Below are positions 22,209 to 34,000 of a DNA stretch of 64,000 bases, in pieces. Each line of letters begins with the position of its first letter. The first letter of the stretch is position 1. The notes beneath the pieces are model-generated. The model did not search any database, was not told the DNA's origin, and saw nothing but the letters and a program-made list of their open reading frames with translations. Source of the stretch: Epithemia pelagica (lineage: Eukaryota > Protista > Bacillariophyta); assembly GCA_946965045.2 (NCBI GenBank), contig OX337229.1, forward strand, positions 2,356,001-2,420,000, read 5' to 3'. The translations under genes were made by a program, and so were the position numbers.

Positions 22209-24898
22209 TCAGATCATCGGCCATCGGAGAACATGTTCCTCCTCCAGCATTGGGAGCAATCTTGAGGAACATGTTCCTAGGTATAGGCAACTTCCATGTA
22301 CCTTGTGTCCGCATGGGTACAACGAACAAACCTCGTCATCATTTTTTGTTTTCAAGGGACGTTGACACAACACACAACACTGCTTCCATGTTGTGTCCTC
22401 GTCGAGAGTAGTTTGGACAACCTTTTTCGTCTCGCGAAGAACCGCGAGCTGTTCAAGCGACTCTTCTGGGCAAAGCGAGTAGTTAGGTACGTACGTTGCT
22501 GAAGACATCAGAACAACCTCCATCAGACAAGCTTCCTCTTAGACTTATCTCGTTGTTGTAAGCGTCCCAATTCTGTGAATCACCGATTTTGTCGACACTC
22601 TTCCTCACTCTGGAACATAGCGTTAAAGGTCTAAATACATTGTCTTCCAGACCCATTTCAATCCCCCTAGCAAACTCGCAGTTGTATCTGATTTGATTTG
22701 ATTTCCAAGAGGTGGTTGGTCTCATTGTCAAATCTACTTCCCCATACTTGCGGTGTTTCCCATGTGGACGATCCAGCAGTAGATCCCCAAGAAAGCGCAC
22801 CACAATTGCTTGGGGCATTGGTTTTGGTCCTGATCCTGATGGCTTGGGCATCTGAACAGTCCGGTAGGTCCAGTCCTCCGCATCAGTAATATCACCCTGG
22901 TCCTCCCAAGGTTTCAGAATTGCACTATTTCCGTCCTTATCGACGATACTCCATTTCTTCAGGATGTATTCACACGTTCCTTTCCAAAAGGTAGGGGAGC
23001 GGTTGTCGACAGGCTCAAAGATATGACAGATCTTCTTCGAAAACTCACATACCAACAATGCCGGATCAGTTATGTCATGTAAGGAAGTTGTAGCAACGAT
23101 CACCAGTAAAGTCGTTACACCTTCGACCTTCCAAGACTCAATAGGTAGGTATGGGATTTTGCATATCATCAGACTCTAGAGCTGTTGTTGCGACCCTGTC
23201 AACATAGACGCGTTCACTGTGATAGCGATGCACCATAAGTTCAATGCAAGTATCGAATGATGTTGAATCAAGTCCGAGTCGTCCTTTATTGAAAATCAGA
23301 TCGCGACGACGATTGCGATGTGGGATATGTAACACATAGGATGCCGATAGGATATCGTCGTTGATCAATCCACTGAATTTCTTGCTCTTCTTACAACAAA
23401 AGACCACTTGGATATCAACTTCGGTATTTGGAATCTCTAGACCTGAAGCATAGTTAGTCGCCAATTTCATAGAAGTTTGGAGTTGCTCTTGTAGCATTTC
23501 CGAATCATCTTTCGCAAATTTAACAAGATAGTTGTCGCCAATGTTGTCTAACGGTTCATCGGATTGTAATGAATCAGTCGACCGAACGTGTGGCAAGGGA
23601 TCTTGTACTTTGGGAACTTCTATGAATGAAACTGATGGTGGTGGAATTCGAGTCTGTTGTCCACCTTCTATCGGAATCACTTGGACAGGGGGTGGTGGTG
23701 CCGATTTACGCTTCAGTGCTATTCTGTTGAAGGTTTCATGTCGGGTACCAGTTGCCAATGTCGTAGGTTTGTCACTATCTTTCACGCTTTAAGTCGGTTG
23801 GGAAGGGAGTGCCGGCCTCTTGGAGTCCTTGCGTGAATCGCGTTCACTCTCCACAGTCTTCGTTCTGCTTTTCCGTGTCGAAGGTGTTACATGGTCTGTA
23901 ACAGAAGCATGACGTCTACTGGCTGCAACCTCTTTCGATTTCCTGGAGGATAAGGATTCCTGTTTCTCATAGAATGACGCTACGATTTAAAACATCCCAC
24001 TGGTATTCGCCGTAGAGGCCTTGTTTTTCATCCTTTCTTGAAGCGAATCACGTTCATCAATATATTGATTGAACCAAGTATCTGGCATGGTATAAAGCAG
24101 CGCCTGTTCCATTTCAATATCAGTGAGAAATGGCTTTCTGTCATCTGCCTGGAGTATGGAATAGATCTGTTTCATATGCTCCAGGGCCCAGGTAACCTTC
24201 GAGGTTGGAACGGATCGAGGTTTTCGGTACTGAGAGACATCTCCAATCAGGTAATTCTTGAGTGAAAGAGCAACACGACCAAGTCCACTTTCATCCCTAG
24301 CAAATATCCCATGATGACTGAGGAAATGTCGGAAAACATCCATCAGGCTAGTATAATCGGCATATTGAGATGAGGAATCAGGGAAGGCTTTTCTCCAGAT
24401 AGAAGCACAAGATCCATATAAGGTTTTGCGGAAAAGAGATACCGTAGTCTTCAATGTAACACTGTTATCCTCTTCCATTTCTGAAATAAGTCGTTGGAGA
24501 CAGTATGCCGTGTGACAGCACAAATCTACCCTGGCAGTAGCATCACAAATTGGTAGATAGACATGGACTTGGTTGGTACCCTGCGACATAGAGACCGTCA
24601 AAAATTTTCCTGTTTCAGGACCACATACACACTCATACCAATGCAACATATTCTCGAAAGTGATCGGAGACTCGGGGCAATCAGCATCTACTGTTCCCTG
24701 ATGTACACTCGGACGAGTAGTAACCGGTGTAGTCGTATCTGCCAATCGTCCCGATCGACTGCCGCAGTGTCCCTCAGATCTCGTTTGTTCCCTCGAAATA
24801 CTTTGTTCCGAAGCTCTGGCGTGAGTATCCCGATGGGGAGAAGGGGGGTTCTTGTACCGTGGTCCTTTCACAGCTTTTCTCCTCCCTGCATTGATCAC
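22209..24898 (-). pseudogene. Fragmented long ORF (about 893 codons when repaired): Gag-like N-terminus, low-complexity linker, unknown domain, C-terminal RING-H2
   Basis: Four consecutive ORFs are joined by two in-frame TAA codons (23987-23989, 23789-23791) and two 4-bp duplications (23143-23150, 22487-22494) that each restore the frame. RING: CVLC...CGHKVHGSC. Confidence 0.6.
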
Positions 24899-25034
24899 AG
24901 AGAAAGATTTCAGATGGAGAATGTCCCAAAGTCTGATGTAGGGGCCTTTCGTTCGTAAGGCTTGTCTTCAATGGACCAAGTCTCAAAATCTGATGTCGGC
25001 AGGCTAGGGAGAGAGGTCCAGGAACTTCCTTGAC

Positions 25035-26292
25035 GAAGCACTCTTGTTGTAGCGTATCCTCGTAGTAGTCTTCTAGATGGAACTTCCTCAAAGAAGCGCT
25101 TTTGTTGTAGCGTCTTCTCACAACGACCGCGCAACAAAGAATCAGAAGCCCGATTAGCTTCTTCCTCTTAACACCACAAATTAGGAAGAGCAAGCTACTT
25201 GTGCAGCTCTAGGAAGCGCTTTTGTTGTAGCGTCTTCCACGACAATCGTCGTCTTCTTAGTGGAGAAGGAGTGTGGAAGAATCTGAAGCACTTTCGTTAT
25301 AGTTTCGACAGATTCACTTCGATCTCTCAACAACACCAAGTAGAAAACAAGGGCGAGGAACTCTACCCTTCAAGCTGCTCCACCCCCAGAGGAAGCGCTT
25401 TTGTCATAGCGTCTTCCAGTGGACAACCACAGTCTCGTATCAAGTGGAGAGGTAACAGGACAGCAGAAGCACTTTTATTGTAGTGTCGACCGGATTCCTT
25501 CCCTCGTATCCACCCAACGTGGAACAGTGATCTATCCCAGAGGGGGGTGCTCTTCGTCTTCCCTCTTCGACCCTTGGAAAAAATCAGGACAGAGCAACCG
25601 GTTAGTACCGTGTTCACTCAGCTTGCTTTGACCTGTCCTGATTTTCACAAGAGTATTAGAGGTAGTATCTGGACTTGACGAGTACTAGCAAAAAGACTTG
25701 AGGGGCCAAAAGTCGCTTTGATTGTAGCGGTAACTTTACTAGTGCCCCCAAGTTGTTTCTTGTACACTGGACCGTTGCTTGTTTTCGAATGATGTCGGAA
25801 GGCGGTCGATCGGAATGAACAATGGGCGATTCAACAATCAAATATTGTCTTCTTCCTTTCTTCTGACGATTGAGATTTGCAGGGAAACAAGGAGGAGAGA
25901 AGGAGAATCAAGAAGCGGACCAAGTCAAAGTCGCTTTGATTGTAGCGGTTACTTTCGTGGTTTCGACTTGCTTGCAATCAGAAAGAACAAGAGGATGATT
26001 CAACAATCAAAATAGAGTCTTCTTCCTTGCTTCTGGTGGTTGCAATTTTCAGGGAAAGGAGGTGGAAAAGGAGGGAGAATCGAATGAGAGCTCTGTCAGA
26101 ATTCTGCACCAGTGGTAACGTTTGTGTCCTCTCTTGCTTGTTTTGATGATCGATCAAACAATAGGATGATTCAACAATCAAAGAGATACTTCTTCTATGC
26201 TTCTGGCGGTTGAGGTTTTCAGGGAAAGGGGAAGAAGAAGAGACAATCAAAACAAACCGATTCAAAAGTCGCTTTGATTGTAGCGATTACTT
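25035..26292 (-). repeat. Dispersed array of nine bulged stem-loop motifs (CGCT-8 nt loop-AGCG core)
   Basis: Copies start at 25035, 25093, 25213, 25285, 25392, 25466, 25708, 25927 and 26266. They lie within diverged tandem units of about 170-180 bp. Confidence 0.8.
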
Positions 26293-26569
26293 GCTTCTTT
26301 CTCCTTCCTTGTACACTGGAATTGCTCCTTGTTGATTCCAAATTGAATTGAAGATCGAATAGAATCGAATAGAAGTGGGAGAGAAAAGGATTCAACAATC
26401 AAACTCTCAATGAGACGTTTTGGGGGGAACACCGTGTTTCTCTGCTAAGAAACAACAAGCAAATGGGTAAGAGAGGCTGGTTGTTATGGGGAGATTTGAT
26501 GATCTCTTGTTTCTTCTTACCGTTGTTCTATTTGTGTCAGGTTCCTTCGGGGTCTTTCGTATCAAGAAG

Positions 26570-26806
<237 letters not shown>

Positions 26807-27217
26807 GATGCTCTTGTGTTTTTTGTTGTGTTTTGAGCAGCAGCGAAAAAAGAGAGGATCGGATGGAGGGAGATGAATGAGTAACGTGGTTGGTTGTTGG
26901 TTGTTAGGTTGTAATAGGAATTCGTTGATATTACATGTAGTGGCAGTATTTCTCAGCGGTTTACGGTTGGATTGGGGATGAGAATGTCTTGGACATTCTC
27001 TGGGACATGTCATGGCGTCAGAGTTTCTGGCAGCTGCAGTTGTGACGTGTGTGGTCGCGTTTTCTGGTGTAGGTGATGGACAGACCGACTATTTGGTCGC
27101 GTTTCAATTGTAGGTGACGGACAGACCGACTAGCGCCTAATTTATTGCTCGAGGTACATGTGCTATCCCTAATGTGCGCATTAATATTAGAAATAATGCG
27201 CATAACTGGGAAATAAC

Positions 27218-27340
27218 GCGCATTATTTCCCAATAATGCGCATTATTTCCCAATAATGCGCGTTATTTCCCAATAATGTGCATTATTTCCCAATAATGCG
27301 CATTATTTCCCAATAATGCGCATTATTTCCCAATAATGTG
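27218..27340. repeat. 20-bp minisatellite, about 6 copies, with palindromic junctions
   Basis: Unit GCGCATTATTTCCCAATAAT. Junctions create the 16-bp palindrome AATAATGCGCATTATT. Confidence 0.95.
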
Positions 27341-27402
27341 CTCTATAATGCGCTATTATACCTTGAAATAATGTGGGAGGGCCTGTTTTCCCTCCTTAGA
27401 TG

Positions 27403-27586
27403 TGATCCCATAGAGGTTTCCCCTCAATGATCCCGTAGAGGTTTCCCCTCAATGATCCCATAGAGGTTTCCCCTCAATGATCCCATAGAGGTTTCCCCTC
27501 AATGATCCCGTAGAGGTTTCCCCTCAATGATCCCATAGAGGTTTCCCCTCAATGATCCCATAGAGGTTTCCCCTCAATGATCCCAT
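27403..27586. repeat. 25-bp minisatellite, 7.4 copies
   Basis: Unit TGATCCCRTAGAGGTTTCCCCTCAA. Confidence 0.97.
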
Positions 27587-28002
27587 CTGACTTGGGACGA
27601 TTTGAATTGCTGCTGATGAGTGGGACAACAGTGAACGAAGACGACTTCGAATTTATGGGTGATTACGAAGACTATTACGAAATTGACGGTGAACCTGAGG
27701 TGAACATGGCTCCGAGTTTCAATTCATCTTTATCAACAGTTTATTCGAAACTTGAGACAATGCAATTTACAGACCTACACGATGCCTGTGAGATGTGGTA
27801 CCCACTCCATATTGAGCCACGCCCAGGCGCAAAGGATACAAATTACCCATGCCAGTTTAATGGAAAACCTTTCAACTGCCATTCAGATCTCATGCGATTC
27901 TTGTCTGAAAATCAATACGAAACAGCATGGGTTCGAGCGGTGTACAACTACATGACATGCTTTTATAATGGTTCTGATGATAAAGAACAACTGTTGTCTT
28001 GA
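27577..28002 (+). CDS. Small intronless hypothetical protein
   Basis: 141-aa ORF with protein-like composition. The first ATG comes from the minisatellite, and a second ATG near 27616 is plausible. Confidence 0.35.
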   Translation: MIPSDLGRFELLLMSGTTVNEDDFEFMGDYEDYYEIDGEPEVNMAPSFNSSLSTVYSKLETMQFTDLHDACEMWYPLHIEPRPGAKDTNYPCQFNGKPFNCHSDLMRFLSENQYETAWVRAVYNYMTCFYNGSDDKEQLLS

Positions 28003-28610
28003 CAGCCATAAAGATAGATTCTCTATATATTGTTGTCTATCAATTACCTCCATAATGCATGGCAGTGCTTGAGCATCTCGTTCCTTGTATCCTGCGCTAA
28101 ATTGCCAAGAGCTCATGTCCACGCAGATGAAAACGTGTGAAAGCCAGACGCAATGAATGACTCAAACTGATCCGGATCAGGCTAGGAGGAAGACAAATGC
28201 GCCCCAATGCTAACAGGAGAAAGAAGAGAACACGTGCACAGGAGGATACGTACTCAATCATTGACACTTACAATGGAATATGGAAAAGTAGGCAAGCCTA
28301 TTCTGTGTTCTGTGATCGTCACGTGGATGCGGGGTGCGGGGTGTGCGTTGTGTTTGTGCATTGTGTTTGTGGGGTGTGGGGTGAGACCTGATCTGGATCA
28401 GACTAGAGGGAAAGAAGGAAGGGAAACACCTTCGACGGACAGAGTAGCAAACAATGACTAACGGAAAAGCAGGCAAGCAGCAACAGAGCAAACGGTTCGA
28501 TCAACGGTTGGGTGAACCGATTATGGGAATTGATAAGTCATCCATTACGTGAAACCGGCACTGAACATATCAACGGGAAATGCATCGGAACAGAGTAAAA
28601 GTGGCACAAA

Positions 28611-28730
28611 GTTACATGTATGCAAACGGACAGTACATGTAACCAACTTGGTTACATGTTTTCAAATGGACAATAAATGTAACCAAATTGATTACATGTA
28701 TTCCAACGAACAATACATGTATCCACTTGC
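28611..28730. repeat. 40-bp tandem unit x3, rich in TACATGTA palindromes
   Basis: Unit starts at 28611, 28651 and 28691. Includes the hairpin ACATGTAACCAACTTGGTTACATGT. Confidence 0.85.
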
Positions 28731-28828
28731 AACGTGGGTTAGATGGGCACAAAAGGACAATACATAATACATGGAGCCGTTTAATCGGAGTCCTCTTTAG
28801 TTTCGTCTTCGTCTTCATCACTTTCAGT

Positions 28829-29052
28829 TCAGACCATTGACTGATCACTGTCAAGCCACACAACTTCCTCGTTCAACTCTTCATTGGAATCATCATTGGG
28901 CTCTTGGGGCTTCTTAGCTTCGTGTTTCAACCTCCTTACGCTCCTCTGAATACGGTTGAAGAGCACCTCAGCATGGATAAGCTCGATCTGAATTTGAGAT
29001 ATGAGTTGGCTCAACTCTTTTAAGTGACCCATGAGTCTGTCTTGACCTGACA
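28829..29052 (-). CDS. Small coiled-coil-like hypothetical protein
   Basis: MSGQDRLMGHLKELSQLISQIQIELIHAEVLFNRIQRSVRRLKHE..., with an acidic tail. Confidence 0.3.
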
Positions 29053-29226
29053 TGATCGATACGAGTATGCGGGAAATCCACAGGAGGATACGCATTGACA
29101 CTGACAGTACAATGGAAAACAATGGAAAAGTAGGCAAGCCTATTCTGTGTTCTGTGACCGTCATGTGGATGCGGGGTGTGCGTTGTGTTTGTGGGGTGCG
29201 GGGTGAGACAGCATTGGTTCACCATT

Positions 29227-29547
29227 CTGATGCTTTTCATTATTTTTGCTGTCATGGATCCTGAAAGCAGTTTTGTGGGTCACTTTTTGACAGATGTCGG
29301 AGACGTTGTGTCTCTCTGGGAACAGGCCCAAACGAAGATTAGGGAGAGATTCACGGTGAAAGGGAAAATCGACAGGGCGGAGTTCCAATCTCTTTTCATA
29401 GACACTGGAAAAGGGTACTCTGACAGAGTCCGTGATCCTACATTGAAGTTAGTCTACCAATGCCTGGAAACTACCTTTGCTGCCTCATCTTTTTCAAACG
29501 TCCGTAACCTAAACAGTAAGTCCTCAGCTATTGCTATTGCTTTTTGA
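29227..29547 (+). CDS. Small hypothetical protein
   Basis: Part of ORF 29176-29547 downstream of the second direct repeat. Composition is protein-like. Confidence 0.3.
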   Translation: MMLFIIFAVMDPESSFVGHFLTDVGDVVSLWEQAQTKIRERFTVKGKIDRAEFQSLFIDTGKGYSDRVRDPTLKLVYQCLETTFAASSFSNVRNLNSKSSAIAIAF

Positions 29548-29586
29548 TCTGGCATACCTCATCTTACTTCTATGATTATCTACAGA

Positions 29587-30658
29587 TCAACGACTTTCCT
29601 CGTGACCGACATGTCTTTGCCAGTCCTCAAGGGAGGGAAATAAACCCGTTGCTTTGACGGGTTCACCGCCTTGTCCTCGGAAGATCTTCCCATTGGGAGG
29701 ATCTTCCGTTAGAAGGACGGGACTGGGGAAGACATTGTCAGCCAGGCAGATAATGGAGAACTTGCAAGAGGGACAAGTCGAGGTCGATGTCGCGTCCTGC
29801 GTCCATACCTTCCAGTCCCGCAAGAATTCGTCGAAGTGCACGAGAGCGTCGAAGTGCACGAGAGCAGCGAAACGTGTCTTCCAAGGATCTTCAGTGCCTC
29901 GTTCTTGTTCGAAAAGAAAGCGGAAGGCCAAGAAGAGAAGAAAGCACGAAGCCCTTGTCACCGTCGAAGAGGCTCCGGAGAGTAGCAAATTGAACTCCAC
30001 ATTCTGGCTGAAGGAAATTGATGTCCAGAGAGAGGAGCTGGTGATGTCCTCCCCATTTTTTGCTCTCTGTCTCCATTCAAGTCGACGGATGTTGGGCATG
30101 GAGGAGCAATCTTCCATCAAGGTCCGGTCTTGATCCCAGTCTTCATCAAGGCCCCGAACGAGCATGTTACAACCAAACAGGTCCAGATGAAGGTGATGAG
30201 GATTTTTGAACGATTGGAGAAGGTACGTCGTCCAACGCAACGATGCAAATCGAGAGTTGTCGGCCTTGAGTCTCATGACTCATCGTACGTCACTATGGGC
30301 CAACACGCCAATCGTGGAGGGCCTGGCGTGTTGAACTCCAAGATGAATCTGCTGAAGTCTCGAGAGAAGCAGCTAGTAGTTTGTTTTGTCCGACAAATCG
30401 AAGAAGTCTTCCGTCGGTGGGTTGATTGGAGTGTCGTTTTCGGGTTCTCAGTCACGAGACAGGTACAAGGCTTCCCAGTCTTTCGTGCAAAAACAAAGAG
30501 TCGACCTTCTTTTCATCCATCGCATTTGGAAGGAATGTGTTCCTTGGAGCGTATACCGATGAAGACTTGGTTGTGGTGGCCATGGCAGTGGATCTGGAGA
30601 AAGCTGGAGATTCTGTGCCTGTCAGAAGTAGTTGCAGCAGATACCACCAGGTTATCAT
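29587..30658 (-). pseudogene. Fragmented hypothetical gene
   Basis: Abutting minus-strand ORFs 30452-30658, 30273-30455 and 29587-30276, with an internal 18-bp duplication. No family recognised. Confidence 0.3.
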
Positions 30659-31230
30659 GGCAGGTCGATGTTGAACACTTCAAGATGGAAGATTTCCTCA
30701 TGCCGGATATATGTCATAGTTTGGTGGAGCAATCAGTTATCAAAGATAATGTCTTTGCCAATAGGCTTAGTGGAATGTTTTCCCCTTGGTAAGTATATGT
30801 GACAAATTCTTTTTGGGACACTTCTTGGGCAGCAAATGTACTCATATCCTCCCAATGTAGTTGGGGACAGTATTAAAGTTGAATAAACAGGACATGTACC
30901 CATGAGTGGTGATGTGGGTGACATCTCTGTGGATGATCTGATTTACATGAGGACTCCTCTACTACATTCTGATGGCAATATATCAAACGAGGTGCGACTT
31001 GTTCTGTAGCTACCCCTCCGATCTCTTGTGCTCACTGAATATAGGCAGCAAAGCCTATAGATTGACTGGTTTTGACAATGATGTCATCTTTCGTCAACCA
31101 AATCTGCTCACTTGTTCCACCTAGTTTCCATAACTTCTACATTGGAAGCACATCGAGGAAGATCCGACAAGAAGCAGCAAGATTCTTGTCTCGCAAAACC
31201 AGCTCATCTTCGTACAATACAAATGATATT

Positions 31231-31507
31231 TGTGTCCATGGTACTTGAGGGGCCAAAGAAGAATGGGGTTTCAAATTCGTTCCCTTTTAGAAGAGTGTAT
31301 CTATGTTCAACTGCATACGATTGGAGTGGGTGTTACAACACAAGTACATACATTTGTCACGTGATGGATGTGTCCATGGTACTTGAGAGGCCAAAGAAGA
31401 ATGGGGTTTCAAATTCGTTCCCTTTTGGAAGAGTGTATCTATGTTCAACTGCATACGATTGGAGTGGGCGTTACAACACAAGTACATACATTTGTCACGT
31501 GATGGAT
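31231..31507. repeat. 138-bp tandem duplication
   Basis: The unit starting TGTGTCCATGGTACTTGAG occurs at 31231 and 31369, with 3 differences. Confidence 0.95.
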
Positions 31508-33750
31508 CATGGCTTGGTGTGGCTTGGACTACACAGAGCTCTATGGCATATGCATGGTTTATATCAGCCTCTCTTTTGATGTCCTTGATGCTATCAAGAC
31601 TGTGCGTCTCATTCATGGACCTCCCTCTCTGACCGTTGCATACGACAAGCGCATGAAGATTGGTTACTATTTCGAGGGGACTTATGTCTTCAGCATATTC
31701 ACAAACAATGTCTCTACCAAAACACTTTTGGTACTGCAGTCACGGTCTTATTCCTTGAGTTGATGCTGGCTTCCAATGGCTGTACACTTAGTTCCCAATT
31801 TCTTGGAAAACTTGTTGGTGAATTCTCTGCTCATCACAGTTTTGGCCTTATCGTCGATGAAATCAGTTGAAAACTTCTGCTTATGGTGATTGTGAGGTTG
31901 GATGTTCTTGGTGATTTGCTGTTGGTGGCTGTAGTGTTGGTTTGTTTTTATCGTCGCCAGCGATGCGGTGCTAGGGAGAAAGGGGCAACATCATCAGTCG
32001 GGAGCCGGGTAGTTGGTGTGGCGGTAGTGGTGGTTGGGCTTGATGGTGTGCGGAGGGTGGTATATGTTGGACACGACGTGTTGTTTTGGGTTCTGGCGGG
32101 CAGTTTTGACGGTGCGTCGTGTTCCCTGGGTGACAGTGTGTTGTTCGAAGTGTCACGTTGGCGCGGCCATATTCCAATGCGCAGCAGGAAAGGGCTTTTT
32201 CCATGGCAACTTGGTTTGATGGGAACCTGGTTCAAAAGCAGAAACCAGAAACTCTGGAGAAAAGGCTCATGACATCCCTACATGACATCCCTAAATAGAG
32301 AGCCCGTGAACCTGCTATGTTCCCCGGGTCACCGAGTCCTTCGTCGCGATTCCACCGTCGACACCTCAATCCCACCACCAACGTCCTGATCCTGACACCT
32401 TCCATTCCTCCTCCCATGACCCTCTGAGTGCGTTAAGTTCTTACACCAGGGAGGTTATTTTGAATGGTGGCAACTAGTTGGTATACTGTTCTGATGGCAG
32501 CCTTGTGGATACCTTTGAAGCTGCCGAAGAGGTGCTCCTCTATGACGCTGATATTTCCCAAGGTGGTACTTTTTGCCGGGCCGCAGTCCTCCAAGTACCC
32601 CTTTGGCGACTCCAGCCGAAATCATCACCCGTCCTACACTTCCTGGACCATGCACTCCTCCATCTCTGCTGGGCTAGTTACACCCCGTCGTACACTTCAT
32701 CCAAGGAGGGAACGATACACCGGTTTACAGCGGCTAATTATCGAGAAAAAAGCGCCCCTAAGCGCAACCTACTGGGATCATCCTCGCGTCCTACTGAGAA
32801 CACGCATGCACCTATGAGAACACGCGCAAGCCCCTTCATGACATTTTTACCAAAAAAGTGCTTTCCAAAACCAGCAAGCGCATGAACCACATCTCACCAA
32901 CTCAAACACCGTGTGCAGTCAAGAAGCAACAGTCAGCACATCCCTCCAACTTCATGTGCAGTCATGAAGCAACAGCCCCTCCCATGTATGCACTCATCCT
33001 TAATTGTGTCACATCACCATCATGCGCATGTTTCCAGCCTCAAGCACAAGCTTCCATGTGAATTCAGTGCATTTGACTAACACCATGCACACACACCCAG
33101 CAACAACCAGTGAATGAATGGTACATAATAGATGAAGCTATATAGGAGTATATGAAATGAAATCAATTGTCACTCTGATCTATCACCACCATTGTCTTCG
33201 AGGCTTTTTTGAAGGCCTTGTCACAGCATATTCATCTTCATACCCCATACAAGAGTGACATTGCTGACAGAGAAACTGCATGAACCTGTTACTGCAGTTG
33301 CCTGCTCTGTCTTCACCAGCAATTTTCCCTTACATGTCTTCCAAATAGTCCATACCATCCTCATTCATACATTGACTCAAGTTCCAAGTACCCAAATTTT
33401 TGAAGCAAGGATGTAGGCATTCAAATGACAAGGGCTCACTGCCTTGTGCTGCATAAATCTTCTATCCATATGAATTCATTGCATGCTACAAGGAAGAAAA
33501 CTGCAACAAAATTGAAAGCACAGCTACAAAACCAATGATTGTGCCATCACCAACATTGTACATATGATCAAATCAACCAAGCCTTCTTGTCAATGATCAC
33601 ATTCTGGAAAGGTTATCTTGGATGGATGCTCAAAGGCACAAACTAAAACCCAACTACAGCATCAAATAAAAATTGAAGAAGCAGTTGAAATTGAAGAAAG
33701 TTGATCATGCTTCAAGTGAATACAAACTCTCTGTGCAAATAAAAATGTTG

Positions 33751-34000
33751 TGTTTTTAAACGTGACATGTCTAAGTTTATGTTTGTGTTCAACATTGTTT
33801 TTCCAACAATCAGACATCTTCTCATTTTGAATTCATTTCATTGTCATTGTTTTTAGCCACTAATATGGGACAAGATGTTTTTAAACGTGACATGTCTAAG
33901 TTTATGTTTGTTTTCAACATTGTTTCCAACAATCAGACATCTTCTCATTTTGAATTCATTTCATTGTCATTGTTTTTAGCCACTAATATGGGACAAGATG
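33751..34000. repeat. About 125-bp tandem duplication
   Basis: TGTTTTTAAACGTGACATGTC...GGGACAAGAT occurs at 33751 and 33876. Confidence 0.95.

Larger units (their letters stand above)
28238..29209. repeat. Pair of about 130-150 bp direct repeats (28238-28387 and 29079-29209)
   Basis: Both contain CACAGGAGGATACG...TGGAAAAGTAGGCAAGCCTATTCTGTGTTCTGTGA...GCGGGGTG...GGGGTGAGAC. Confidence 0.85.

Noticed and set aside
25035-26292. CRISPR array interpretation of the repeated hairpins
   Set aside because: Spacing varies from 58 to 340 bp, the repeats fall into divergent types, spacers are related to each other, no cas genes are present and the context is eukaryotic.
32450-32620. LINE RNase H-like fragment (VYCSDGSL)
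   Set aside because: Only one short motif matches, which is too weak to call.
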